From: Oikopleura dioica | Taxonomy: Eukaryota > Animalia > Chordata | DNA length: 64,000 bases | Reading direction: 5' to 3' | Assembly: GCA_907165135.1 (NCBI GenBank) | Contig: OU015568.1 | Span: 14,891,208-14,955,207, forward strand | Shown here: positions 1 to 10,796 of the stretch, one piece after another | Numbering within the stretch: the first letter of the stretch is position 1 | How the letters are laid out: each line of letters opens with the position of its first letter | Notes under the pieces: generated by a model | What the model saw: the letters and a program-made list of their open reading frames with translations, nothing else | Databases searched by the model: none | What the model was told of the DNA's origin: nothing | Program-made: the position numbers and the translations under genes

Positions 1-170
1 CGTCGAGTTGAGCTCGCTCCTCATCAGTGAGTTTTTCGAGGAAGTCCTTCTCGTCCTTGATCTGGTGATAGTCTCGGTAACGCCAATAATCGCTCTGGTC
101 CCTGAGGCTTCTCATATGATATGAGTCATATCCAGTCCACAGATTGATTTTGCCAGTTGACGACCTTCTG
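1..170 (-). CDS. Partial coding exon of an unidentified gene running off the window start
   Basis: Open minus-strand frame ...STGKINLWTGYDSYHMRSLRDQSDYWRYRDYHQIKDEKDFLEKLTDEERAQLD; family not recognised, upstream exons unresolved. Confidence 0.4.
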
Positions 171-441
171 GCTCAAGCCTTCTCTTTCACTCGAAATCAT
201 TTTTGACAAAAATGTACTCCTTCAATTATCCTAATGTGATGCTCATAAAAAGTATTTTCTTACGAATCGCAACAAAAGAGGCTATTTACGAAGTCATTGT
301 TGACTTTGACGACGTCAACTCATTGGATCTCGCTTTTATGGGTCAGAGTCATTAATGCCGACCGTCGTGACGAAATATCCTTATGCCAAGATATGGATAA
401 ACAACCATGAGAAATCAGTTTAAAATATTTTGTATCATCGG

Positions 442-777
442 TAGGAGTACCAGAGAATAATTCGGCATTTTACTGGGCTAAGATAGGAGAGAGTTTAGGG
501 AGGTTTGGTTCTTGCTGCATGGTTATCAGTCGTTTTCGTTCCTTGACCCGGCGGCCAGTCATTCAATTTCATGGATTTCCGAAATAACTGTGGTTTCTGA
601 CTTCGAGGGGGCCAAATGCCCCCAGGATACCAAATAGCTCCACAATATCAACATTGAAAATGATCCCCACGACCAAAACTTTCCAAGACTTTACTATTTA
701 TTAACTAGTAATAGTCTTACCCTAACCCTAACCAACTTTAGCCCAGTAAAATGTCGAACTATTCTCCGGTTCTCCTA
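442..777. repeat. 40-bp inverted repeat pair (442-481 / 738-777)
   Basis: Reverse complement of 442-481 (ttagcccagtaaaatgccgaattattctctggtactccta) matches 738-777 (ttagcccagtaaaatgtcgaactattctccggttctccta) with 4 mismatches. Confidence 0.85.
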
Positions 778-1091
778 ATCATAGTCTTTCCACTTACATT
801 TTTGCTCTACTACGGAAGTTTTAAATATTTGAGAGAAAATCAAGCAAATCAAGTTAGAGATGATCATTACAGAAGAAATATCGCCGATCAGAATAAAATA
901 TCAGGAAGGTTTTAAAAAACAGGAACATTTTGCCAATTTAATTGAAAGAAATCTGTTTGAAACCATACTAAGACGATTTATCATTTATTAAAAACGAGCT
1001 GATCAAAATAAAAGAAGCACAAAACATCCACCCGAAGCAAAAAGCAAAAGAAAATCAACTAAACCCGGTCGAGGACGAACAAACAGGCATG
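751..1091 (+). CDS. Possible truncated or alternative 5' end of a type II membrane protein (TM anchor plus stem)
   Basis: MSNYSPVLLIIVFPLTFLLYYGSFKYL... followed by an open stretch DDLSFIKNELIKIKEAQ..., resembling the anchor/stem of the downstream sulfotransferase; splice path not resolved. Confidence 0.3.
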
Positions 1092-1223
1092 TTTTCAGCC
1101 TCTTTATAAAAAAATGTCACGCATCGACAGCCAATATATTTTCATATTTACATTGCGGGGACTCACTCAACAACGCGATTGAGCCAGGCCTGCGAGATTA
1201 GTGAAAGAAAAAAGAAAGAGTTA

Positions 1224-3275
1224 ATGAAATTTAACAAGGGATTTTGTCTTGCTTTTTGCCTTGTTATCGTTGTGTTGTTTTTATGGTTTTCTAGCTATAA
1301 GAATTTCAAAAGCGATTTACAAGTAGCATCTTACAGAAAACTTCAAATTTCTGATGATCTTCTTAAACTTCTCGATTTCCAAGAAGAGCTCAGTAAAATT
1401 AGAGAGATTGTTGAGGATATCACAATTGAAAAGAAACAAAATTCTTTGAACCATAATTACGAGAAAAGTAATGAAAACATCAAAGTTGTCGAGAAAATTG
1501 TCGAGAAAAAAATTTTCATTTACGATGAACACCCTCATAAACCATGGAAGAATCAACAGCTCAACGAATATATTGGCGAATTTGGAAGGACGGATTCAAA
1601 TTTCTGCCAGAAAAAGGAGCACATCTACTTTTTGAAAACGTCCAAAACTGGAGGAACCACCTTTGCAAATATCTTGCAACGATTTGGGTAAGTCAAATAT
1701 ACTTAATGATAAGAGTCCAATGACAAGACTCTTATCAATTAACAGAAGGCCCTTATGATAGGGTTCCCATTTTAATGAACAAATACTGTATTAGGGTTAG
1801 GGTTAGAGTTAGGGATATTAAATTCGCTAAAATAGCATTTGCATCTTTTAATAATACCCTTCTATTTTATTAACAACAAAAATAGATACAGAAGGCCCGG
1901 AACAAATTTTCTCATGGGTGAATGTGGCAATGGAGCGATGTTCTTCGCGAACGGCGAGTTACCATTTAACCTCGATGTATGCTTTGTCGGTCGAGATTTC
2001 AAGCAAAGACCAAAGTTCGATCTCAGTTTTGTGCACATGAAGTACAATCGCACCGCTGTGGATGAATTAATGCAGCCAGATACGTTCAAAGTGTCGATTT
2101 TGCGCGACCCGGTTGAAAATTTTATCTCTTCTTGGAGATATTACAATGGGCTTATTAAAGACTTGAGAGGCAAAGTTATGAATGATGTTCCAGGTGAGAA
2201 CGGGAGAATAAAAACGGAAAATAAAGGAAATTAAAGTTGACAAAAGACCAGCGGAAGGGGAAGATCCTGACTATTTTCTTGAAATCGAACAGTTCTTGAC
2301 GAAGCCCGCTGACTACCTCGAAGACTACGCGTACTCTCATGCTGGTCATCTGATGGTGATGAATCCGCAGCTGATATTCTTCGGTGTTCCTTCTTATCTA
2401 TTAAAAATGAACTATCAATTTGGCCATCAACTTGTCGACACTTGGCTGCATAACATTGCCGATGATTTCGACCATATTCTGATCTTGGAAGACATTGACC
2501 GGTCGTTGGCGATTTTGATGCTCAAACTTTGCTGGTCCATTGAAGATGTCGCTCATCTCAAGGTTTTTAGGCAGAAGGAGGTGATACTAATCTATTTCAG
2601 TTAAATTCAATGAAGAAAAACGACCAAAAACTAAGTGCTGGAAGCAACAAACGACTTCGCGACTTCAACTGGGGCGATGTCCGATTATACAATTATTTCA
2701 AATCGATTCATGATCGACAGAGTAAGAAGTGCTCCTCATTGATCAATAAAGTAAACAAATTTCTAGTAAAAGAAATCGGGGAAGACCGAATCAACGAAAT
2801 CGCAAAGCGTATCGAAGCAAGAGCAAATCAAATTTCTGATGAATGCCTCGAAACGGTCAAATCTGGAGACACGTGGATTCAAACGCTGAAATTGAAAGAA
2901 GAAAAGAGGAAAAATCAAACTTGTTTTATGATGACGAAAGACATGGGGCCGTATATTCACGAAGACCAGGTGACGAGATGGAAGCAGGAATATCCGACCT
3001 GGAGAATGCCGGAAAAGGACCTCGAAAAAATGCAGTTCAAAGGAAGTCAGACGCCGGATTTCTGCTCGAAAGACAGTAAGTTAATTTGAAATCGAACAAT
3101 CAAATAATTTTCTTTTTCAGAATTCGCCGAATTTCTAACAAAGCGAGAGAAAAACTACAGGGCATTTCTCAACTGGGAAACGAACGAGTACGACTTTTTG
3201 CCAACGCCGCCTAAATACCTAGACGAGTTTCGCAAACCAACAGGAAAAGAAGAGTTTTTCCGAATTTTAAATTGA
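1224..3275 (+). CDS. Galactose-3-O-sulfotransferase (GAL3ST) family Golgi sulfotransferase, multi-exon
   Basis: N-terminal TM, 5'-PSB motif FLKTSKTGGTT, 3'-PB-like SILRDPVENFISSW, ILILEDIDRSL...WSIEDV..LKLN; GT-AG introns 1688-1885 and 2194-2236 among others; stop at 3273-3275. Confidence 0.87.
1791..1814 (+). repeat. Interstitial telomere-like tract TTAGGG TTAGGG TTAGAG TTAGGG in GAL3ST intron 1
   Basis: Read directly; a shorter CCCTAA tract lies at 720-733. Confidence 0.7.
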
Positions 3276-3562
3276 GCTGGTAAATATTTGGATCTGTACA
3301 AACATTGTTCTTCTGTATTTTCTGTTGCGATTTATCTTCAATATACCTAACTACTACAAAAAAATAGAGTTTTCGACATTTTTTTCTCGGTAATAAAAAG
3401 AAAGCTGTTTTATGCTTGCTCATCAAATAAATCGAATTTATTTGTATTCCAATATTTGCATTTACGTTTTATCCCGGAAAATTTAAAGAAATAAAGCTGT
3501 TGAACGGATCTAAGGTTACTTCTGAGAGAAAAGCAACTGGCCCTGCTGGGTAACAAATTAGA

Positions 3563-3976
3563 ATGAATTCTTTCAAGGTCGATTCTGAGAATGAGCTTTG
3601 GCCGACTGATAATGAGGGGTGGTTCATGTTCACTTGGATTATAATTTCTGGGTTGATTGGCTGCATTGGTTTTCCGCTTGTGATTTGCATTCTTGGATTT
3701 ACCGTGCAAGGAGTAAGGAGAAAGTCTTGCGCGTCTGGAGTACAGAGCACCTATTATCGTGGCGAAACAGGTAACAACGACCAACAAAAAAAATATTTGA
3801 AAAATATTGAAGGCGGATGCTTTAGCTGCTGCCAGTCGTTAGGGACAAGCATTTTTGTCATGGTTATAATCGGATTCGTTATTGGCGCTGTTTCTGGAGG
3901 ATTTATTGCACATGGAGTTTACGAAAACCACCATCCATCGAATGAAACTCTCACATTTGAAAAATTTTCAACTTGA
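3563..3976 (+). CDS. Small membrane protein with IFI6/IFI27 (ISG12)-like motif
   Basis: LGFTVQGVRRKSCASGVQS...GGCFSCCQSLG between hydrophobic segments resembles the GFT.xG...S.A..xQS...G.F..xQS.G pattern; in-frame 42-nt GT-AG intron 3771-3812. Confidence 0.55.
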   Translation: MNSFKVDSENELWPTDNEGWFMFTWIIISGLIGCIGFPLVICILGFTVQGVRRKSCASGVQSTYYRGETGNNDQQKKYLKNIEGGCFSCCQSLGTSIFVMVIIGFVIGAVSGGFIAHGVYENHHPSNETLTFEKFST

Positions 3977-4153
3977 CGAAAAAAGCTATCTGAATAAACT
4001 TGATCGAAACCGTCATTTTCCGCGTAAATTCGTAGCTTGTTATTGAGATCATCTTTTGAGCATGGTCCATGCTGCATGGACCAAGTTCTAGATCACAAGT
4101 GTTGTTGAGTAGGGAGTAAGTTGGGCTTATCAAAAAGTCAAATTACTTTCAAA

Positions 4154-4848
4154 ATGGATCCTGCCGAGAACATAATCTTAAAAGACCTTGCACAGAATGT
4201 TGGAGAACATGCAAGGGCATGCATTGAAGGAAAACCCGTCAAGGCAAACAACCCACCGGTAAATTTATTAAAAACGGTTTTTAAAACCTTTAACTTGAGA
4301 ATTCATGTCTTTTAGGCATCTGCAACATTGGCTGGAAAAGAGAACCTCCCCGAGGATAAAATAACAGAGGATTGCCAAGCTATTCCTCCTCTTGAAATTG
4401 TCCCTGTTGACAGCAACCCTACCATTAAAAGCGAGCCAGCAGAAGACTCGACAACGGGAGTCAAACAAGAGGAAACTACAGAAAAGAAAACGGCTAAAAG
4501 AACTGCAAGAACTTCCACCAATGCTCCCCCGAGAAAGAAGAGGGCATCAAGCAAGAAAAATGAAATCAATGACGAAAACCTCGATAAGAAAATCAAAGAG
4601 TTGCAGATAAAGGAAACGGTGTAATTTCTAAAACTTCTCGAAATTGTTACACCGAGGTAAACTATTTTAAAACCGACAGAAAGGTAGACAAGCAAAAGAA
4701 AGTCTTTGATGCTGCCTTGCTAGAACTGGATTCTGCAATCAAGTTAAAACAAATGAAAAAGGAAGAAGAACTCAAGATTGTCGAGAAAAGCATTCGAGAG
4801 CTTCAAAACCGACGAAAAGAACTCCAAGAAACACTTGATAAAAACTAA
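4154..4848 (+). CDS. Uncharacterised basic protein with C-terminal coiled coil (paralogous C-terminus to 4967-5949)
   Basis: ORFs 4121-4315, 4328-4624 and 4680-4848 are joinable by short introns; C-terminus KVDKQKKVFDAALLELDSAIK...RELQNRRKEL. Confidence 0.6.
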
Positions 4849-4966
4849 TGATTATTTTAATACTTCCTATAAATATAATTTTGATAATAAACGACCTTTC
4901 TAGATCTCACGTGTTGTTCATCATTTCGTAAAAAATATTGCAGTTATTATTATTTTCTTAATAAAA

Positions 4967-5949
4967 ATGGCATTTGGAGTTTACCTACGACTACTTGGCG
5001 AAGCGAAAAGTATTGAAGAATACAACAAATCAGCTCCCGTGCCGCAGTTTCATTTGCGCGAAATGAACAGTGAAGGTTGGATCGTGGAAATTCAGGGCCC
5101 TATGGATAGTGCATTCGAGGGAAGAACGGTCCAATTCGAGTTGACGTTCACGGAAGAGTATCCGTTTGTGCCACCGATGATTCGATGCCTCGACGAGATG
5201 GAGGGCACTTCTTTCCAAAAAAATGAACTGTTGCCTTTTGAAGGATTCAGGTGAAAAATATTCAAATTTCTATAAAAAAATAAAGTCTTAAGTCACGACG
5301 AGTGGTCGCACACAATAAAAGTAGTTCAAATTCTTCTGACGATTCAAGGCATAATGGGAACTACGAAAAAGAAACCGACAAAGGACGCAGAGAATCATCG
5401 AGCCGCCAGTCCCCAGCATGAGGAATCTCTTCGACCGATGCCCATTTACCAAGAAAGTACACAGTCGGAAAATGAAAATCAGGAAGTTGATGATTATCAA
5501 AACCTGGAAATTGTGGATATAAAAAGCGAACAAGAGCGAAGTCCAGAGAAAACCAAAGAAGAGCCCACGAAGCGCAGAGTCCGGAAAAGATCAGCGAAAA
5601 ATGCCCTGCTTCCAGTCAAGGTCCCCGATCAAAGAAAACTGCTCCGGGCTGGAATCTCATAAAAGTCGCAGATACCGAATCTTGGGTAAAAATGGCACAA
5701 GAAAAGGAAACGGTTGAAATAAATTCTTGCTACATACATGTATTGCTAGAATATGTTAAAAACTATACCGGTATTTTAACCAACACTAAGGTAGATTTGG
5801 CGAAAATAGAATACGATCGTGCCGTCAAAGAGCTTAACGATGCTCTAGCATCGAAAAAGAAACATGATGAGCTGACAGAAATCGAAGAAAATCTTCGAGA
5901 GCTGGAAAAAAGACGAAATGAGCTGAAGAAGTCGCTTCGAAAATTGTAA
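4967..5949 (+). CDS. E2 (UBC-fold) variant lacking HPN motif and catalytic Cys, fused to basic linker and coiled coil
   Basis: W.VEIQGPMDSAFEG...F...YPFVPP core; intron 5251-5292 joins to SHDEWSHTIKVVQILLTIQGIM (E2 C-terminal helix), in frame with ORF 5354. Confidence 0.7.
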
Positions 5950-6250
5950 GCATCTAACTTTCTATCTTTTCATCTCTGATAAAATTCTTCAATTCTTTCC
6001 TCCTTTCATGGCAAATAATCAACTGAAATTTCAAACTCTTGTTCTGAGAAAAATATATTCTCTAAATCACAAGATATATTTTTCACGGGTTTCTTTTATT
6101 TGTAGCTTTGATTCGTCAAGGAAGTAAAACATCAAGCATGTTTAGTCAGTAAAGAAAAATGGCGTAAAAGATTTAGCCAAAACATAAATGAATTGAAATG
6201 AGGGCAGTCTAAGAATTCTCATCTTGGAGATATTTTTTTCGTAAATTCTT

Positions 6251-6803
6251 CTAATAGTAGCCACCGCGGCCTCGACCCCGGCCGCGTCCTCGTCCGCGAG
6301 TTCCTCCTCGTTGATTTTGGTTGCCGCCGTTGTTGTAAAACTAGAAGGATAATTTGAATGATAGATGATTTATAAGGAGCTCTAACGGATGTTCCGTTTG
6401 TTTCTTCAAGTCTGTCGAGGTAGTTGTTCGCGTTACGTCTGTTTCCTTGCATTCCTTGTCTTCCAGTGCGCGAAGGCATCATCGAAGCCCCCGAATTTCC
6501 AACAAGATTGGCGTACTTGGCAGCTTCCCTGAAAGATACAAATGTAATTACCCTATCTTTCTTACAAGGATCCTACTTGATCGCAGCTTGAAGCGTTCTC
6601 TTCGCTTGTAAAAGTTTTTGGCGGGCGGCAGCTTCAGACATTCCAGCGTTGCCTCCACGCCCGCCTCCTCGGAAGGCCTTGGTAGGGCTTCCTCGCCCGT
6701 TGCTCTGACGTTTTTGAACGGCCCCTCCGCGAGATCTGGCACCGCCTCGACCTCGTCCGCCACCACGTCTGTTCTGTGGTGTGGGGTTCTTTCTTGAGGG
6801 CAT
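6251..6803 (-). CDS. Small RGG/RG-rich putative RNA-binding protein, 3 exons
   Basis: MPSRKNPTPQNRRGGGRGRGG...; two GT-AG introns keep frame to ...RGRGRGRGRGGYY stop. Confidence 0.7.
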
Positions 6804-8359
6804 GGTCTTGTTACCAGCATTGCCTGAAAAAACCGTTAGCGGAAGAAAGCTAGGGGAAGCTCGGTACCTTTGTTGAAAGGAGCTCCGCCTCTCCTTCCTC
6901 GAGAAGAGATCTGATTCTTCTTTGCGTAGTCGTCTAGGGAAGGGAGCAAAAAGCATGTTAAAAGTAGCTAAAACAGGGAAGTTTTCTTACCAAGAGACAA
7001 ATCCATTCTAAATTAGACAGGGAACTTATTACTCCGAAATTTTGCGATTTGAAAAGAATTGCGCAGAACAGAAGAAACACGAATAAAATCGCAATATCCT
7101 ACGCCTTTATTTATTTATTTTGTATGTTTTATACAGGGCCTTTGTTTTCTGCCAAGTGACATTTTTTGTACAAAATTCAACCACACTTCGGTCCAGAGAA
7201 AAATTTACTGCTGGACCGAATCTACATATCAAGCTCAGAGATAGATGTTTTCAGCTTCTTGTACAAAACTCTACTACTGTACTTGCAACGAGCAATACTC
7301 AGAGAGAAGGATCACGTGGAGGAAGAAGTAACTCCCTGATCTAGAAATTCAGAAGCAAAGAAAGAATCTATGAATTGTCTGTTACATGTGTTTCTGTCCG
7401 TGTGTTTGTGTTCGTTCCCGACACTCCTTTTAAGAATTAGGTAAAAGCAATTATTTCAACACGAGAGTACTTAGAATGTCATTTGGAGCGGGGGTTGATC
7501 TTTCTTAGTTATCTGGGCTATTTGACGAAAAATAGATAGATAATTAATCGAGATTGAAGCGGGAGTGTGGCGGAATCGAAGTTCCAAAATCTCTCTTCTG
7601 AAAAAAGTGATAGGAATCAACATTAGCAGTCGTAAAGTAATGATGAGCTTCCTTGGAAACAACAAGGTAAACTGACTTGTCTAGAGAATAGTCTCGGATT
7701 TTTTACAGTCTGTAAGACAGATAAAATGCCGATTACTAATCGGCGATTAGAGACCTCTCAAACTTATCAATGAACTATCCTTATTTTAGATTTTTTACCA
7801 AATAAAATTAATATTACGACTGCCTTCCGAGTATCCAGAGGGCTCGTATTGTATGAGAACATAAAGGGCCTTCAGAAAAGCCACACAGTCCTGCTTCAAT
7901 CCAACTTTACTGTACTGTTTTTAAAAAATGTAGTTTGTGAGTCACAGAAATAGAAATTTGTTTGATTCACGAAAATGCACTTGAACGGGCGATATTGCAG
8001 AAATGAATGAAGCCCACCTCGTCTCAACCTTTCCTCTCTCTCTCTTTTTCTGTTTCTTGTAGGCGCGACTGTAAGAAGAGTTCAGAGCACAGGCACAAAA
8101 TTCAGAAGGAATAATAACAACAAAGAATACTACAACAGAGCAAACGAATTCTTCGTTTCTTTGAGAATTTAACTTACATAAACACAAATAGAATGAATTA
8201 GAAAATAACTATAAGATCTAACGATCAGAATTTCTTTAAATTTAGTGATTGGAAAGAGAAAAAGTTGAGACTGAAAGTGAGATCGTTTGTTTAGTGAACT
8301 TTGTTTTGGCAGTGATCATTTCATTTTTCTTCTTAGGCAGTGTTCACAGCTAAACATTT

Positions 8360-10190
8360 TTAATAGAACAAGCTGACCGAGCTTTTGCTGACCTTGGTTA
8401 TCTTTCTCTTGGATCGGCGGAGCCACTGACTGGTGGTGCGATTGATACATGTTGTAGCCCATTTGACTGAATGGATTTTAATGAAGGAGATTGCGACTGA
8501 AGCTTACCCAGGATGTTGTTGAGGGTGTTGCTGATAGTGATTGTGAGCTTGCTGCATAACCATAGGCTATAATAACGAAGGAATCATGAATAGTTAGCCC
8601 AAGAACAAATTACCGGCTGCTGCATCATCTGCTGTGGCATAATAATCGGCTGGTTAACCACCATGTTCTGGTCGACATTGTTTCCTTGTATGTAAGGCTG
8701 GTAAACCGGTCCATGGTGGTATAAATACTACAGAAAGAATAATGATAAGGTACCTACTAGCGCCTTACTTGTGGATAGACGTGCTGGTTCTGATAGTGCG
8801 GAAAGTACTGTTGGATATGATTCGTAATAGGTATCTGAAAGTATTTTTGCAGTTAGGCTTTTGAGAGAATTTAGTACCGATTGCCCATAATGACTTTTCA
8901 TTATTTCTGGCGAGACGGGAGCAGTAGTGGAGCGGGCCGAGTCCGTTGCGTGTTTGATCCTTCCTGGTCCACCAGGGTGGTGTCTATCACGCGTCTTGTT
9001 CGAGATTCTCTTCTTCTCCACTCTCAATATTCTGTTGTTCACTGAATGCTGCTCCCTTGATTCCAAGCACTTATTTCTATCCTTCAAGAATACTGTTAAT
9101 CGCACATGGAAAGACCGAAAAAAAGCAAACCTCCTTTGACTGAAAAGTAACGAATGCGAACCCTCTTGGCTCCTGGTTATCCTTGTTCTTGGCGACAGAG
9201 ACGGCTTCGACAATTCCAAAGCGCGAAAAGTGCGAGGTAAGGTCTTGCTCAGAAGCCATGTGTGGAACTCCACCGACGTAGACGCTCAATTCGTCGTCGA
9301 ATCTTGAAATGAGATATTGAATGATTAGATTAGATTTTTGTTACTTGTTAGGCGTGTTGGTTCTGGGCGTCGCGTTGTTGCGGTGGCTGTTGTTACTTTT
9401 TGTGCTCATCGAGTCTGCTTGGTGGTGGAGGTGCTCTGGGGAGTGGTGAGAATTCATATATGGCCGGCCATTATGTCCACCCCAGTGCATGTGCTGCATC
9501 GGGCCTCCTCTACCGTAATATCCACCCTGAACGTAGGAATAAATAAACATGATCTCGATCAGAGATTATCACGTGATTCTGATACTGATGATGTCCAGGG
9601 CTTCGTTGATAGTGATTCTGATAATTTGGGCTGCTGCTGTAAGAGCTGTTCTGGTAGGGTCGCCCGCCATGTCGCTCTTTTTCTTTACAATTCTGAACGG
9701 AAGGGCATGAAAGATTGTATGTTCGTCATTTCTTACCTTGACAGAGATGCTTCTTCCTTCAATAAAGTGTTGCGTTTGGTTGAGACAGGCAGAAGCGCTG
9801 TCTACTTGTTCGAATGTTACGAAGCCGTATCCCTTTGACCGCTGTGTCGCGTCCTGAAAGACAACTAGAAAAAGGGTAGTTTGAGGTTTCTACCTTGATG
9901 AGCGCAAATGAGAGCACCTTGCCCCATTTGGAGAAATACTCTTCGAGCATTTCATTCGTATGATTGAGATTCGCCAGGCCGCCGACAAAGAGCTTGTTCG
10001 AGGAGGCAACGTAATTTGAATTTGTTGTTTCCGCTTTGGTGCTATTCACAGTTGTATTTGCTTCGGGAGTTTTAGCAACTTTTGGCGGCTGAGCTGGGGC
10101 TGCCTCTTGCTCCACCGACGATGGTGGCATTGGATTAGTGCTTGCTTGAGGAGTTTTCACCTCATTGTTCGTCTGGGCGCTCTCTGTCAT
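8360..10190 (-). CDS. Two-RRM RNA-binding protein of hnRNP A/B-DAZAP1-Musashi type with Q/P/H/Y-rich tail
   Basis: RRM1 KLFVGGL...KGYGFVTF; RRM2 VYVGGV...PRGFAFVTF...HSVNNRILRVEK; multiple short introns. Confidence 0.85.
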
Positions 10191-10796
10191 GTCCGATGAT
10201 GGACCGACGATACGCCTTCCAGTCTACAAGACCAACGATTGACTGAGTGCCTACTGATGCCTTGCTTTGCTTTTCGAATGAAAACAATGTGTTTTGCTGT
10301 GGCAAAAATGAATTGATATATTTCATTATGAATATAAAATAATATAAAGTAAGAAGAAACAGTTTTGAAGAATAATCGAGGGAAACGATATCTATGTGGA
10401 GATGAATCTCCCATTATAACATCACCCATTTTCAACATGAGAAATTTTCAAAAATTGTGACAGACAGCCATTACCAGTTATTACAGGTTTTAATGAACTT
10501 CTTAAAGCAGTTGGGAAAAATAAAAAAAGAAACAGAACGCATGGATGAAAAAGATGAAAAAGAAAGATTCTAAGACTACTCTTTTTTATTGTTATCAATC
10601 GAAAGGGATATCATCAGCTGCTCATACAGTAGCTTCAGTCGTCGCTACAGACTGTAGCCTACAGTTATAAGAATCAGCCTCATAAGTATAAATATATAAA
10701 GAACAAGCAATAGCAGAGGAAAAATTTTATAAATACGCAATACTGTGTCAGAATCAGATAGGTTCGTTGATGATGAACTTCACAAAAATAAACTAC

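Noticed and set aside
2204-2246. Possible GA-AG intron in GAL3ST
   Set aside because: A canonical GT-AG intron 2194-2236 restores the same frame.
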